A stretch of 64,000 nucleotides of DNA from Candidatus Latescibacterota bacterium (GTDB lineage Bacteria; Latescibacterota; UBA2968; UBA8231): positions 704,001 through 768,000 of the forward strand of contig CBDCSU010000004.1 in NCBI GenBank assembly GCA_965221775.1, given 5' to 3'. The translations under genes were made by a program, and so were the position numbers. This document shows, piece by piece, positions 26,552 to 35,548 of the stretch (positions are counted from its first letter, which is position 1; each line of letters begins with the position of its first letter). The notes beneath the pieces are model-generated. The model was not told the origin of the DNA, searched no databases, and was given only the letters and a program-made list of their open reading frames with translations.

Positions 26552-26960
26552 GGGGTAGACCCGACGTGGCCGGTTCATCCGGCGATGCCCGGACCTTCGC
26601 TGCGCGGAGGCAGGCATCGTCACGGAGAGTATGGGGTGCCGACCGCTGTCGACACCCCGGGTACCAGGGAAGACCCGGCTTGTCAGGCTCATCTGGCCGC
26701 CGGGGCCGACCTCCTGCTGCGCGCAGGCACGGTGGTGGACGGCACCGGACCGTTGGCCGCCGGCGTCCCGGAGAGCGGGTAGACTGACGTGACAGCTTCA
26801 CCCGGCCGTGTCGTGGAGGGCACGCGCCGACCGACGTCGACGACCCGGAGACCAGGGGGTAGACCCGACTTGACAGGCTCATCCGGCCGGCGGGCCGACC
26901 TCCTCCTGCGCGGAGGCACCGTGGTGGACGGCACCGGCGCGCTTCCGGTGGCCGCCGACG
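26552..26960 (+). repeat. Four degenerate direct repeats of the translation-start region of the downstream deacylase gene
   Basis: GG(T/A)AGAC(C)CGAC(G/T)TG(A)CAGG(C/T)TCATCCGGC-like units near 26553, 26668, 26777 and 26857; the 26668 copy continues into a decayed ADLLLRAGTVVDGTG. Confidence 0.7.
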
Positions 26961-28486
26961 TGGCCGTGGGCGGCGGGCGCATCCTCGAAATCGGTCCCAC
27001 CCTCGGGCTGACCGCCGCCGAGACCCTGGACGTCTCCGGCCTTCTCGTGACCCCCGGGTTCATCGACATCCACAGCCACTCCGACTTCACCCTCACCGTC
27101 GATCCGCGGGCGGTCAGCGCCATCGCCCAGGGGGTGACCCTGGAGGTGGTGGGCAACTGCGGCCACGGATGCGCCCCCGTCGCCGACCCGGAGGCCGTGA
27201 AGGGGAGCGTCTACGGGTACTCGGAGGAGCATCCCATCCGCTGGCGCACGGTGGCCGAGTACCTCGACGTGCTGGAGGCGGGAGGGCCGGCGGTCAACGT
27301 CCTCACCCTGGTGCCCAACGGCAACCTGCGCCTGGCCGCCGCCGCGGACCTCGACCGGCCGAGCACCGACGCCGAGCTGGGACAGATGGAGCGCCTCCTG
27401 GAGCAGGGCCTGGAGGAGGGCGCCTTCGGATTCTCCACCGGCCTGGAGTACGGTCCCGAGCGGGCCTGCTCCGAGGAGGAGGTGACCCGCCTGTGCCGCG
27501 CAACCGCCCGGGCCGGGGGTTTCTACGCCACCCACACCCGCAACCGCGCCGGCCAGGCGCGGGAGACCGTGGCCGAGGCGATCCGCACGGCCGAGGCTTC
27601 CGGGGTGCCGCTGCAGGTCTCCCACATCTCGGTGGTGGCGCGGCTGGCCGCGGACGGGGGCCGGGCGGTGGCCGAGGCGGTGGAGCAGGTCGACGCGGCC
27701 CGGCGCCGCGGGGTGGACGCCGGCTTCGACATGCACACCCGCCTCTTCGGCACCACCAACCTGAGCGCCGTGCTGCCCCCCGAGGCCCTGGCCGGCTCGC
27801 GGCGGGAGATCTCCGCCCGGCTGTCCGGGGCCTCCGCCCGCCGGGAGCTGAAACGCTACCCGAGCATCGTCCACGCGCTGGCCCGCGGCGACTGGAGCCG
27901 CATCCTGCTGGCCGAGTGCAGCGACCCCGAGCTGTGCCACCGGAGCGTGGCCGAGGTCGCCGAGGCCCGCGGCCTGGAGCCCCTGGACGCGGTCTACGAC
28001 ATGCTCCTGGAGGAGATCGAGGACCTGCACCGGCCGATGATCCTCGCCTTCTGCTACCGCGAGGAGGAGACCCGCCCCGCCTTCGAGCACCCGGACTGCA
28101 TGGTCGGCTCCGACGCCACCGCACTGGCCCCGGACGGCCCGCTGGCCGGGTCCGTCTTCCACGGCGCCTACACCTGGGCCGCCTGGTTCTACCGCCACTT
28201 CGTCACCGACCTCGGGCTGCTGCGGCCCGAGGAGGCGGTCCGGCGCCTGACCTCGCTGCCGGCGGATCGCCTGGGGCTGACCGACCGGGGGCGCATCCGT
28301 CCCGGTGCCTGGGCCGACCTTGTGGTGCTGGAGCCGCAGGGGTTCGCCGAACGGGGCACGACCCGCGACCCGAACCGCACCGCCGCCGGGGTGCGCCACG
28401 TCCTGGTCAACGGCCGGATGGCCCTGCGCGACGGCGCCCTCACCGCCGAGCGCGGGGGGCGGGTCCTGCGCCGGGCCTCCTCCTGA
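26870..28486 (+). CDS. N-acyl-D-amino-acid deacylase / D-aminoacylase family amidohydrolase
   Basis: DLLLRGGTVVDGTG, PGFIDIHSHSD, GNCG, GFSTGLEY, MVGSDA, DRGRIRPGAWADLVV; TTG 26870 or GTG 26789 start. Confidence 0.92.
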   Translation: MTGSSGRRADLLLRGGTVVDGTGALPVAADVAVGGGRILEIGPTLGLTAAETLDVSGLLVTPGFIDIHSHSDFTLTVDPRAVSAIAQGVTLEVVGNCGHGCAPVADPEAVKGSVYGYSEEHPIRWRTVAEYLDVLEAGGPAVNVLTLVPNGNLRLAAAADLDRPSTDAELGQMERLLEQGLEEGAFGFSTGLEYGPERACSEEEVTRLCRATARAGGFYATHTRNRAGQARETVAEAIRTAEASGVPLQVSHISVVARLAADGGRAVAEAVEQVDAARRRGVDAGFDMHTRLFGTTNLSAVLPPEALAGSRREISARLSGASARRELKRYPSIVHALARGDWSRILLAECSDPELCHRSVAEVAEARGLEPLDAVYDMLLEEIEDLHRPMILAFCYREEETRPAFEHPDCMVGSDATALAPDGPLAGSVFHGAYTWAAWFYRHFVTDLGLLRPEEAVRRLTSLPADRLGLTDRGRIRPGAWADLVVLEPQGFAERGTTRDPNRTAAGVRHVLVNGRMALRDGALTAERGGRVLRRASS

Positions 28487-28768
28487 AGCCGGTAGAACCA
28501 GGATGCCCGCTCCTACCTTGGCATCGACGACCAGGCGTCAGGCGATGAGCGGGACACCTCAGCGACGGAGCGGCCTCGGCGGCGCTATCGACCGCCGGAT
28601 TCACAATGGACGGAACGTCGAGGTGACTCTACAGTTGCCGTGAGGCGGCATGGAACGGGGAAGGCCCATGCGGATTCCCAGCCCGCCCGCGAATCGGCGC
28701 GACGCTCATCTCGACCGGTACTCCCGTCCGGCGCGGCGTGCGGAGTGCCGGGGAGGAGTGAGGACGAG

Positions 28769-29094
28769 GTGACCAGCGGACGGATCATTCGGGATCGCAT
28801 CACGCGCACCGACCTGGCGCACCTAGCCGAGGAGCAGTTCGGGGACTGGATCAAGGCCGTGGTCGACGTGTCGCGTGAGATCATGGCGATCGGCGGGGAT
28901 CTGCACGCCGACGACGAGGCAGTGCTCCTGGCGGATGGATCCCGCCAGCGCGATCTCTGGGGAATCAATCTCTTGAGTTCGACTCGATGATCAATCTGCG
29001 CCCGAGCCAGGGAAACCGTTCGCTGGGCGTCGACGACGAATCGATCCAGGCCCGAATCCGCGAGGTGGTCGAATCCCTGGTTCCACCGGAATGA
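28769..29094 (+). pseudogene. DUF5674 family protein, frameshifted by internal deletion
   Basis: FGDWIKAVVDV..GGDLHADDEAVLL..GSRQRDLWGINL, then a frame change at ~28973 into EFDSMINLRPSQGNRSLGVDDESI; the usual YP..I segment between the halves is missing. Confidence 0.78.
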
Positions 29095-29107
29095 GAGTTT
29101 CCGCGCC

Positions 29108-29485
29108 GTGACCAGGGTCCTGCACAAGAACGCCGCGGAGGGCTGGGGGCGGCTGGAGCTCGTGGAGCAGCTCGGGAACGTGGGCAGCGAGGTGGAGCGC
29201 GCGATCCGGGCCCACGAGGCCGGCCGAACCGACCGGTTCGAGAGCGCTCTCGAGCGCGCCCTGGAGCTGTTCGATCTGACCGCCTCCGACCCCCGCTGGC
29301 GGGGTCACCGCTGCCAGGAGATCCTGCGCGCACGGGAGGAGTTCTGCCGCCTGTTCTTCGATCCCGACGTGCCGGCCGACTCGGCCCGCGGGCTCAGGCG
29401 CTACTTCTTCGGATTCGCGTGGGCCGCCCGGGCGCTTCATCATCGCCGCCAGTCCGGGGCCCACGAGGTCGAACGCCAGTCCTGA
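29108..29485 (+). CDS. Conserved hypothetical helical protein (partner of DUF5674)
   Basis: W.RLELVEQLGNVGSEVERAI..ERALELFDLT..DPR..EILRARE; directly downstream of DUF5674 gene. Confidence 0.65.
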   Translation: MTRVLHKNAAEGWGRLELVEQLGNVGSEVERAIRAHEAGRTDRFESALERALELFDLTASDPRWRGHRCQEILRAREEFCRLFFDPDVPADSARGLRRYFFGFAWAARALHHRRQSGAHEVERQS

Positions 29486-29503
29486 TGGTGCTCGGGTTTA
29501 CGC

Positions 29504-31120
29504 ATGCCGGCGGTCGGTCCAGAGCTCGGTTCCGCCGGCCGGAGCCTACCCCAAGTGCCCATCACTGACAGCACAACGGGGCCATCGAGTGGCCCTCCCC
29601 CATCCGACGCTGGACAGGACGTAGGCGCCCACGGCTCTACCGGGCTCATCCGCGCCGCCGCCGTGACCCTGGCCGCGGCCGGGTTCTACCGCCTCCTCCA
29701 GCAGCTTGTCACCGTCCCTGGCCTGGATCCGTCGGTCCTGGCCGAGTATGGACCGGACGCTCCGAAGGGATTGCCCACAGGCGGGGCCGTGCACCTCGTG
29801 GCGCCGTGGATGCCCCACGCCGTCTCGGGTACCGCGGCCATCGGCACCTATGTCAGTGCCTCGGTCCTGGTCCTGCTCCTGAGCGGTGTGCTCCCCGCCC
29901 TGCGGCGCCTGCGGGAGGCGGGTGTCTCGAACCAGGCCGCCTTCCAGCGGGTCATCGCGGCGGCGACGGCCCTCCTGGCCGCGGCGCACGGCCTCGGGAC
30001 GGCGCTCTACCTCGAGGGAATCCACGGACCGGCCTCCGGCCTGCCCGCGGTCCCCCATCCGGGATGGGCTTTCCGCACGGGGACGATGCTGACCCTGGCC
30101 GCGGCCGCTCTGCTGATCCTGTGGCTGGCGCGGCAGGTCACGGCCCGGGGTCTCGGCAACGGCGTGGTCCTGCTGCTGGCGGCCGACATCCTCGGCCGGT
30201 GGCACTCGGCGGCGCCGGCCCAGTGGCGGGACTGGTCGGGAGCCGCCGACCCGGTCTATCAGGGACTCCGGGCGGCCCTCTTCCTCCTGGCTCTGCTCGT
30301 GCTGGCGGTGATCCTGCTGAAGGGGCGGCGCCCCGGGCCCCTGGAACGGTCAGCCGGCGCCGGGCCAGAGGCTGGAGCGGCGCCGGCCCTGCCCCTGCGG
30401 ATCCATCCCGCCGGGGCCCTGCCCGTGGCAGCGGCGTCGGTGTGGCTCTTCGCTTTCGATCCGACCGGAGATCCCTCCCTGGTCTTCGGCCTCGCCTTCT
30501 GCCTTCTGGTGGCGCTGGCCGCCCACCTGTACGCCGTGAACGCCTTCCAGCCGCGCGACGCCGTCGAGCGCCTGGAGCGGCTCGGGTTCCGCCTTGCGGG
30601 CGCCGCTTCCCCGGAGGACGCCGTGCGCCGCCTGCGCGACGCTCAGCAGCGGGTCATGGTGCCCGGCACTCTCGGACTCTGCCTGCTGGGGTTCGCCCCC
30701 TGGATCGCGGACAGCGGATTGGGCCTGCACCCGGAATGGAGCCGTACCTGCGGACTCGACGCGCTCGTACTCGCCGCCGTGGGCGTGCACCTGCGGCAGC
30801 AGGTGCGGAGCAGGAGGTCCCTCGCCGGCCGCGAGGCGGTTGCGGTGATGGCCGCCGAGACGCGATTCGAGCTCGAACTCGCCGGCGACGTCCTGCGCCG
30901 GGCCGGCATCGACAGCCGGGTCCGCGACGACCGTGCGATCGCCGCCACCGGCACCCTCGCCCTCTGGGAGGTGAGCCGGCCGCGGTGGCCGAGCCTGACG
31001 GTGTACCCCCATCTCGGCGGCGGCCGGGCCCTGCTGTTGGTGGACGCCGCCGAGGCCGGGGCCGCGGAGGGAGTGCTGCGGGAGGCCGGCCAGGCCGGGC
31101 AGAGATCAAACGCCGGCTGA
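29504..31120 (+). CDS. Divergent SecY-like membrane protein fused to C-terminal DUF2007-like domain
   Basis: SecY-like segments VTVPGLD, IGTYVSASVLVLLL, LILWLARQVTARGLGNGVVLLL, LPLRIHPAGALPV, AFQPRDAVERL; C-terminal ELELAGDVLRRAGID..GGRALLLV..AAEGVL; start uncertain. Confidence 0.7.
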   Translation: MPAVGPELGSAGRSLPQVPITDSTTGPSSGPPPSDAGQDVGAHGSTGLIRAAAVTLAAAGFYRLLQQLVTVPGLDPSVLAEYGPDAPKGLPTGGAVHLVAPWMPHAVSGTAAIGTYVSASVLVLLLSGVLPALRRLREAGVSNQAAFQRVIAAATALLAAAHGLGTALYLEGIHGPASGLPAVPHPGWAFRTGTMLTLAAAALLILWLARQVTARGLGNGVVLLLAADILGRWHSAAPAQWRDWSGAADPVYQGLRAALFLLALLVLAVILLKGRRPGPLERSAGAGPEAGAAPALPLRIHPAGALPVAAASVWLFAFDPTGDPSLVFGLAFCLLVALAAHLYAVNAFQPRDAVERLERLGFRLAGAASPEDAVRRLRDAQQRVMVPGTLGLCLLGFAPWIADSGLGLHPEWSRTCGLDALVLAAVGVHLRQQVRSRRSLAGREAVAVMAAETRFELELAGDVLRRAGIDSRVRDDRAIAATGTLALWEVSRPRWPSLTVYPHLGGGRALLLVDAAEAGAAEGVLREAGQAGQRSNAG

Positions 31121-31158
31121 CTCCAGGGCGGACACGCCTGCGGGGAGTGCCCCCCTCG

Positions 31159-31545
31159 TCACCAGTGCCGGTTCACACCGTATCGGTCGAAGGCGCCGTC
31201 GATCGACACGATCGCCAGGTCGCGCGACAGGGCCTGGGCGATGAGCATCCGGTCGAAGGGATCGCGATGTGGTCCGGGCAGGCGTCCGGCTCGCTCGGCA
31301 TCGGCAACGCTGATGGCCAGCTCCTCGAACCCCTGGCTGGCAACGGCGCCGGCAATGTCGAGGGCCACAGCCTCGGTTACCGTCAGCTTGCCGAGCCGGA
31401 GCTTGGTGGCGATCTCCCAGGCGGAGGCCGCGCTGACCAGGATCGCGTTCGATTCGTCAGCCATCACGCGGCGCGCGGGGATCGACAGCCGCTCGCTGTC
31501 CGCGAGCCACCACAGGAACGCATGCGTGTCCAGAAGCGCTCGCAC
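31159..31545 (-). CDS. vapC: VapC family PIN-domain toxin
   Basis: LLDTHAFLWW, VSAASAWEIA, HRDPFDRMLIAQA, SID. Confidence 0.93.
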   Translation of the reverse strand: MRALLDTHAFLWWLADSERLSIPARRVMADESNAILVSAASAWEIATKLRLGKLTVTEAVALDIAGAVASQGFEELAISVADAERAGRLPGPHRDPFDRMLIAQALSRDLAIVSIDGAFDRYGVNRHW

Positions 31546-31546
31546 C

Positions 31547-31780
31547 TCAGCTACCTTCCCAGGCTTCCAGCTCTTCTTCCGGCAGCGGGTCGAGGAAGCT
31601 GTCGGGAACGGTGACCTTGCCCTTCAGGACATCGGGCTGCCGCTTGCCTGGCGGCTTGCAGCCGACGAGCCGTGCCACGGGCTCGCCCCGGCGGGCGATC
31701 ACCACCTCCTCGCCGGTCTCGACTTGCGCCAGCAGCCGCGAGAGTTGGGTCTTGGCCTGATGAACATTGACGACAACCAT
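31547..31780 (-). CDS. Phd/YefM (prevent-host-death) family antitoxin
   Basis: VNVHQAKTQLSRLL..VETGEEVVIARRGEPVARLV. Confidence 0.93.
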   Translation of the reverse strand: MVVVNVHQAKTQLSRLLAQVETGEEVVIARRGEPVARLVGCKPPGKRQPDVLKGKVTVPDSFLDPLPEEELEAWEGS

Positions 31781-31803
31781 GGCTCCTGCCCCCTTGAAGG
31801 ATG

Positions 31804-31829
31804 ATCTTAGCTAGATATATAGCTAAGAT
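31804..31829. promoter_or_regulatory. Palindromic operator of the Phd-VapC operon
   Basis: Perfect inverted repeat ATCTTAGCTA-gatata-TAGCTAAGAT, AT-rich, 24 bp upstream of antitoxin ATG. Confidence 0.7.
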
Positions 31830-31955
31830 TGGATCCCGGTCAAGGCCAACCTCCCGCATCACCCGGACCTCATTGCCGGGACGGGATTGGCCCGCTCCGG
31901 CCGATCGCCTATGATGAGCGCCCGCCGCTGCCCCTTCGCCACGGAAAGCAACCAG

Positions 31956-32321
31956 ATGCAAGCCCGATCTCCCCTCTTCATCCACTATGTCGCCGACATG
32001 GAGAGGGCGGTCCGGTTCTACACGGGCGTCTTCGAGGCCCCCGTCGCCTTCCGGTCCTCCGGCTGGACAACCCTCGACTTCGACGGCTTCCAGCTCGCCC
32101 TGCACGTCTGGACCGCGGACCGGTTGAAGGAGGTACTCCTGCCGAACGCCGGGCTCTGCCTGCTGGTCGACTCGATCGAGGAGTTCCAGCGCGCCATCGA
32201 GTCCCACGGCGGTTCGATGGAGAGCCTCCGGGAGCCCAAGGAGAACGTCCCGGTCCGGGTGGCCTCCTTCCGCGATCCGGAAGGCAACGGCTTCGACCTG
32301 CGGCAGGAGGTCGCCGGCTGA
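31956..32321 (+). CDS. VOC / glyoxalase family protein
   Basis: YVADMERAVRFY..VF, LLVDSIE, SFRDPEGNGFDL. Confidence 0.88.
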   Translation: MQARSPLFIHYVADMERAVRFYTGVFEAPVAFRSSGWTTLDFDGFQLALHVWTADRLKEVLLPNAGLCLLVDSIEEFQRAIESHGGSMESLREPKENVPVRVASFRDPEGNGFDLRQEVAG

Positions 32322-33349
32322 TGTCCCGTGTGCGGTTAGCCCTCGTGGGCTGCGGCGGCATGTCGAGGTCGCACCTGCGCCGGTTCCACGTGCTCTCGGA
32401 TCGCCTGGAGTTGGCCGCCGCCGTCGATGTCGATTCCGACAAGGCCGCCGCCGTGGCGGAGATGATGCCCGGCGTGCGCACCGCCTCCGACTACCGCGAG
32501 GTCCTCGACGACGTCGATGCCGTCCTCCTCGTGCTCCCCCACCACGAGCACCACCCGGTGGGGCTCGCCTGCCTGCGGGCCGGCAAGCACGTCCTGCTGG
32601 AGAAGCCGATGGCCATCGGCGAGGCCGCCTGCCTGGAGCTGATCGACGCCGGCCGCGCCGCCGGCCGGGTGCTGATGATCGCCTACTGCATGCGCTTCCA
32701 CCCCCTCGTGTCGGGCATGAAGCGGCTCATCGACGACGGCGCCTGCGGCGATGTCTTCCAGGTCTCCATCTGGACCGAGCAGCTCACCCGCTACCACGAG
32801 GGCCACTGGGCCCTGAAGGCGGCCACCCTCGGCGGCGGCCAGTTCTTCAGCCACGGCTGCCACTACGTCGACATCCTGCTGTGGTACCTGGGGCGGCCGG
32901 TGCGCGGCGTGCACGTGGGAACGAACCGCGGCACTCCCTGGATGGAGCGCGAAGGGACCAGCAACGCGGTCATGGAGTTCGAGGGCGGCCGACTGGGCTA
33001 CCACTTCGGCACCTGGGGCGCCCGCGGCACGCGCCTGGGCTACGCCTTCCACGCCCACGGCACCGAGGGCATGATCGAGGCCGACATCCGCGGCGGCGAG
33101 CTGCGCCTGCTCAAGGGCGGCGAGACCGAGGTCGTGGGCCGCCACGAGACCGGCAAGCACACGGAGAACGAGATGGCCCACTTCCTGGACTGCATCGAGA
33201 GCGGCCGGGAGCCGCTCACCGGGGGACCGGCGAGCCTGCAGAGCCTGCGGGCGATCTGGCGCATGTACGAGGCCGAGGCCTCCGGCGGGATGGCCGACCT
33301 GAGGGGCCTGGGCCTGGACCAGGTGGACGAGCGAGGGAGGCTGAAGTGA
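32321..33349 (+). CDS. Gfo/Idh/MocA family oxidoreductase
   Basis: LALVGCGGMS, AGKHVLLEKPMA, AYCMRF, GGGQFFSHGCHYVD. Confidence 0.92.
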   Translation: MSRVRLALVGCGGMSRSHLRRFHVLSDRLELAAAVDVDSDKAAAVAEMMPGVRTASDYREVLDDVDAVLLVLPHHEHHPVGLACLRAGKHVLLEKPMAIGEAACLELIDAGRAAGRVLMIAYCMRFHPLVSGMKRLIDDGACGDVFQVSIWTEQLTRYHEGHWALKAATLGGGQFFSHGCHYVDILLWYLGRPVRGVHVGTNRGTPWMEREGTSNAVMEFEGGRLGYHFGTWGARGTRLGYAFHAHGTEGMIEADIRGGELRLLKGGETEVVGRHETGKHTENEMAHFLDCIESGREPLTGGPASLQSLRAIWRMYEAEASGGMADLRGLGLDQVDERGRLK

Positions 33350-34620
33350 AGGCAGGGATCGCCCAGGTCGACATCACCCCCCGGGAGCCGGTCTGGCTCA
33401 CGGGGTACGCGAACCGCGACCACCGCTCGGAGGGCTCGTACGCCCCGCTCCTCGCCGGCGCCCTCTACCTGGAGGGGGACGGGGACCGCGCCCTGGTGCT
33501 GACCGCCGACGTCATCGGCTTCTCGCCGCCCTGCGACGCCGAGGCCCGGCAGGCGGTCTGCGACGCCACTGGCCTGCTGCCGCGGCAGGTGGTGCTCACC
33601 GCCACCCACACCCACTGCGGCCCCTTCTTCTCGCCCTGGAACATGCCCGGCGAGGTCGAGGCCGGGTACGCGGACTGGCTGATCGGGCGCCTCCAGGAGG
33701 CCGCGGTCACCGCCGCCGGCGCCGCCGTGGAGGGGCGGGTCGAGTTCTCCCGGGGGCGCTCGGCCTTCGGCGTCAACCGGCGCCTGCCCGACGGCCGCGG
33801 CGGCGTCCGCTTCGCGCCGAACCCCGAGGGACCGATCGACCGCGACCTGGACACCCTGTGGTTCCGCGGCGACGCGGGCGATCTGCTCGCCTCCCTCACC
33901 GTGTACGGGTGCCACCCCACCAGCATCGGCGGCTACCTCGTGGGCCCGGACTACCCCGGCTTCCTCTGCCGCCACCTGGGGGCCCGCACCGGGGCGCCCG
34001 CCCTCTTCGCAACGGGATGCGCCGGCGACGTGCGGCCGTGGTTCGGCGCCGGCGACCACGACGGCTTCGCGCGCCCGACGCTCGAGGAGCTGGAGGAGGC
34101 CGGGGCGGGCATGGCTGCGGAAGTGATGGAATCGCTCGACGCCGCCGAGGCCGTGGCCGCCGACGGCCTGCGCGTCGACCATCTGTACCACCGGCTGCCC
34201 TACGCCGAACTCCCGTCGATGGAACGCCTGGAGGAGGCGGCGGACAGCAGCGACGACCACTGGCGCCGCTGGGGCGAGACGATGCTGCCGCGGGCGAAGG
34301 CCGGCGGCCTGGCGGACGCCTGCGTCCACGAGATCCAGATGCTGCGGCTGAACCCGGACTTCCGCGTCGTCTTCCTCGGCGGCGAGGTGCTCTCCGAGAT
34401 CGGCCTGCACATCAAGAAGGCCCTCGCCCCCGCCACGACGATGACGGTGGCCTACGCCAACGGCCTCATCGCCTACGTGCCCGGCGCCGCCGCCGTCCCC
34501 CTCGGGGGCTACGAGGTGGACGGATCGTTCCACTACTTCATGAGGCCCGCCCCCTTCACCGCCGACTGCGAGAGGCTCCTCGTCGAGGGGACCGCCTCCC
34601 TGGCCGCCAGCCTGGGTTGA
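33346..34620 (+). CDS. Neutral/alkaline ceramidase N-terminal domain-like hydrolase
   Basis: AGIAQVDITP..LTGY..R, ATHTHCGP, GVNRR, YGCHPT, DYPG, GCAGDV, YVP..GGYE. Confidence 0.8.
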   Translation: MKAGIAQVDITPREPVWLTGYANRDHRSEGSYAPLLAGALYLEGDGDRALVLTADVIGFSPPCDAEARQAVCDATGLLPRQVVLTATHTHCGPFFSPWNMPGEVEAGYADWLIGRLQEAAVTAAGAAVEGRVEFSRGRSAFGVNRRLPDGRGGVRFAPNPEGPIDRDLDTLWFRGDAGDLLASLTVYGCHPTSIGGYLVGPDYPGFLCRHLGARTGAPALFATGCAGDVRPWFGAGDHDGFARPTLEELEEAGAGMAAEVMESLDAAEAVAADGLRVDHLYHRLPYAELPSMERLEEAADSSDDHWRRWGETMLPRAKAGGLADACVHEIQMLRLNPDFRVVFLGGEVLSEIGLHIKKALAPATTMTVAYANGLIAYVPGAAAVPLGGYEVDGSFHYFMRPAPFTADCERLLVEGTASLAASLG

Positions 34621-34623
34621 GAG

Positions 34624-35532
34624 ATGCCATACGATCCGGAGAACCGCACCTTCGACTGCGACCCCACCCTGAACGACTCCCAGGTCCTCGAGTTCTGCCG
34701 CGAGGGCTACCTGATGCTCCCCGGCGCCGTTCCCGACGAGATCAACGAGCGCGCCTGCCGCTACCTGAACGGGGAGATCCCCGTCGATCCGTCGTGGATG
34801 CCGGAGGGCCTGACCATCGAGGAGCTCGAGCGCATGCGCGGCACCCACGAGCCGAGCGGGATCCTGCTCGAGGACTGGTTCGTCGAGCACGTGCTGCTGA
34901 ACCCGGCCCTGGCCGGGGCCATGCGCTCCCTCCTGGGCGCCCGCGTCGGCCTGCCGGTCCTCGTCAGCAACCACAGGGTCGAGTGTCCCGCCGAGGCCCA
35001 GGGCTGGCACCACGACGCCGACCGGGTCTTCGGCCCGGAGCTGGAGTTCGCCGAGGTCTTCTACTTCCCCCAGGACACGCCGCCCGAGATGGGGCCCACC
35101 GAGATCGCCCCGCGCACCCACATCTCCCGCAGCGACGGCGACTTCACCGGCGAGGCCGTCCTCGCCGGCGGGCCCGCCGGCACCCTGGGTATCCACCACC
35201 AGAGCATCCTGCACCGCCGCGGCGCCTCCACCGCCACCGGGGTGCGCCACATGCTCAAGTACAACTACTGGCGCACCTCGCCCCCCTGCCGCGACTGGAT
35301 CGACGACCCCGAGTTCGACCCGCGCAGCGCCTGGTACGGCGGCCACGCCCACTGCCAGTACGTGGCTCACATGTTCTGGTGGCTGCAGGGCAAGGGGGAC
35401 GAGTACCGCATCATCGGGGGGCAGGGCTGGCCCTTCCGCACCCCGAACCAGATCGGCCCGTCCTACGGCTACGGACGGCCCGAGGGATACCAGCCCGACT
35501 GGCGCGGGAACCCGGACGGGTACTCGCGCTGA
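34624..35532 (+). CDS. Phytanoyl-CoA dioxygenase (PhyH) family protein
   Basis: F.REGYL, QGWHHD, YFPQDT..MGPT.IAP.TH, HHQSILHRRG. Confidence 0.85.
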   Translation: MPYDPENRTFDCDPTLNDSQVLEFCREGYLMLPGAVPDEINERACRYLNGEIPVDPSWMPEGLTIEELERMRGTHEPSGILLEDWFVEHVLLNPALAGAMRSLLGARVGLPVLVSNHRVECPAEAQGWHHDADRVFGPELEFAEVFYFPQDTPPEMGPTEIAPRTHISRSDGDFTGEAVLAGGPAGTLGIHHQSILHRRGASTATGVRHMLKYNYWRTSPPCRDWIDDPEFDPRSAWYGGHAHCQYVAHMFWWLQGKGDEYRIIGGQGWPFRTPNQIGPSYGYGRPEGYQPDWRGNPDGYSR

Positions 35533-35548
35533 GGCGGTTCCTTCGAGT

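Noticed and set aside
26552-26960. Possible CRISPR array
   Set aside because: Repeats are degenerate and irregularly spaced, derive from the downstream gene start, and no cas genes are present.
29504-31120. Housekeeping secY or accessory secY2
   Set aside because: Too divergent, has an extra C-terminal domain, and lacks spc-operon or secA2/asp context, so no gene symbol was assigned.
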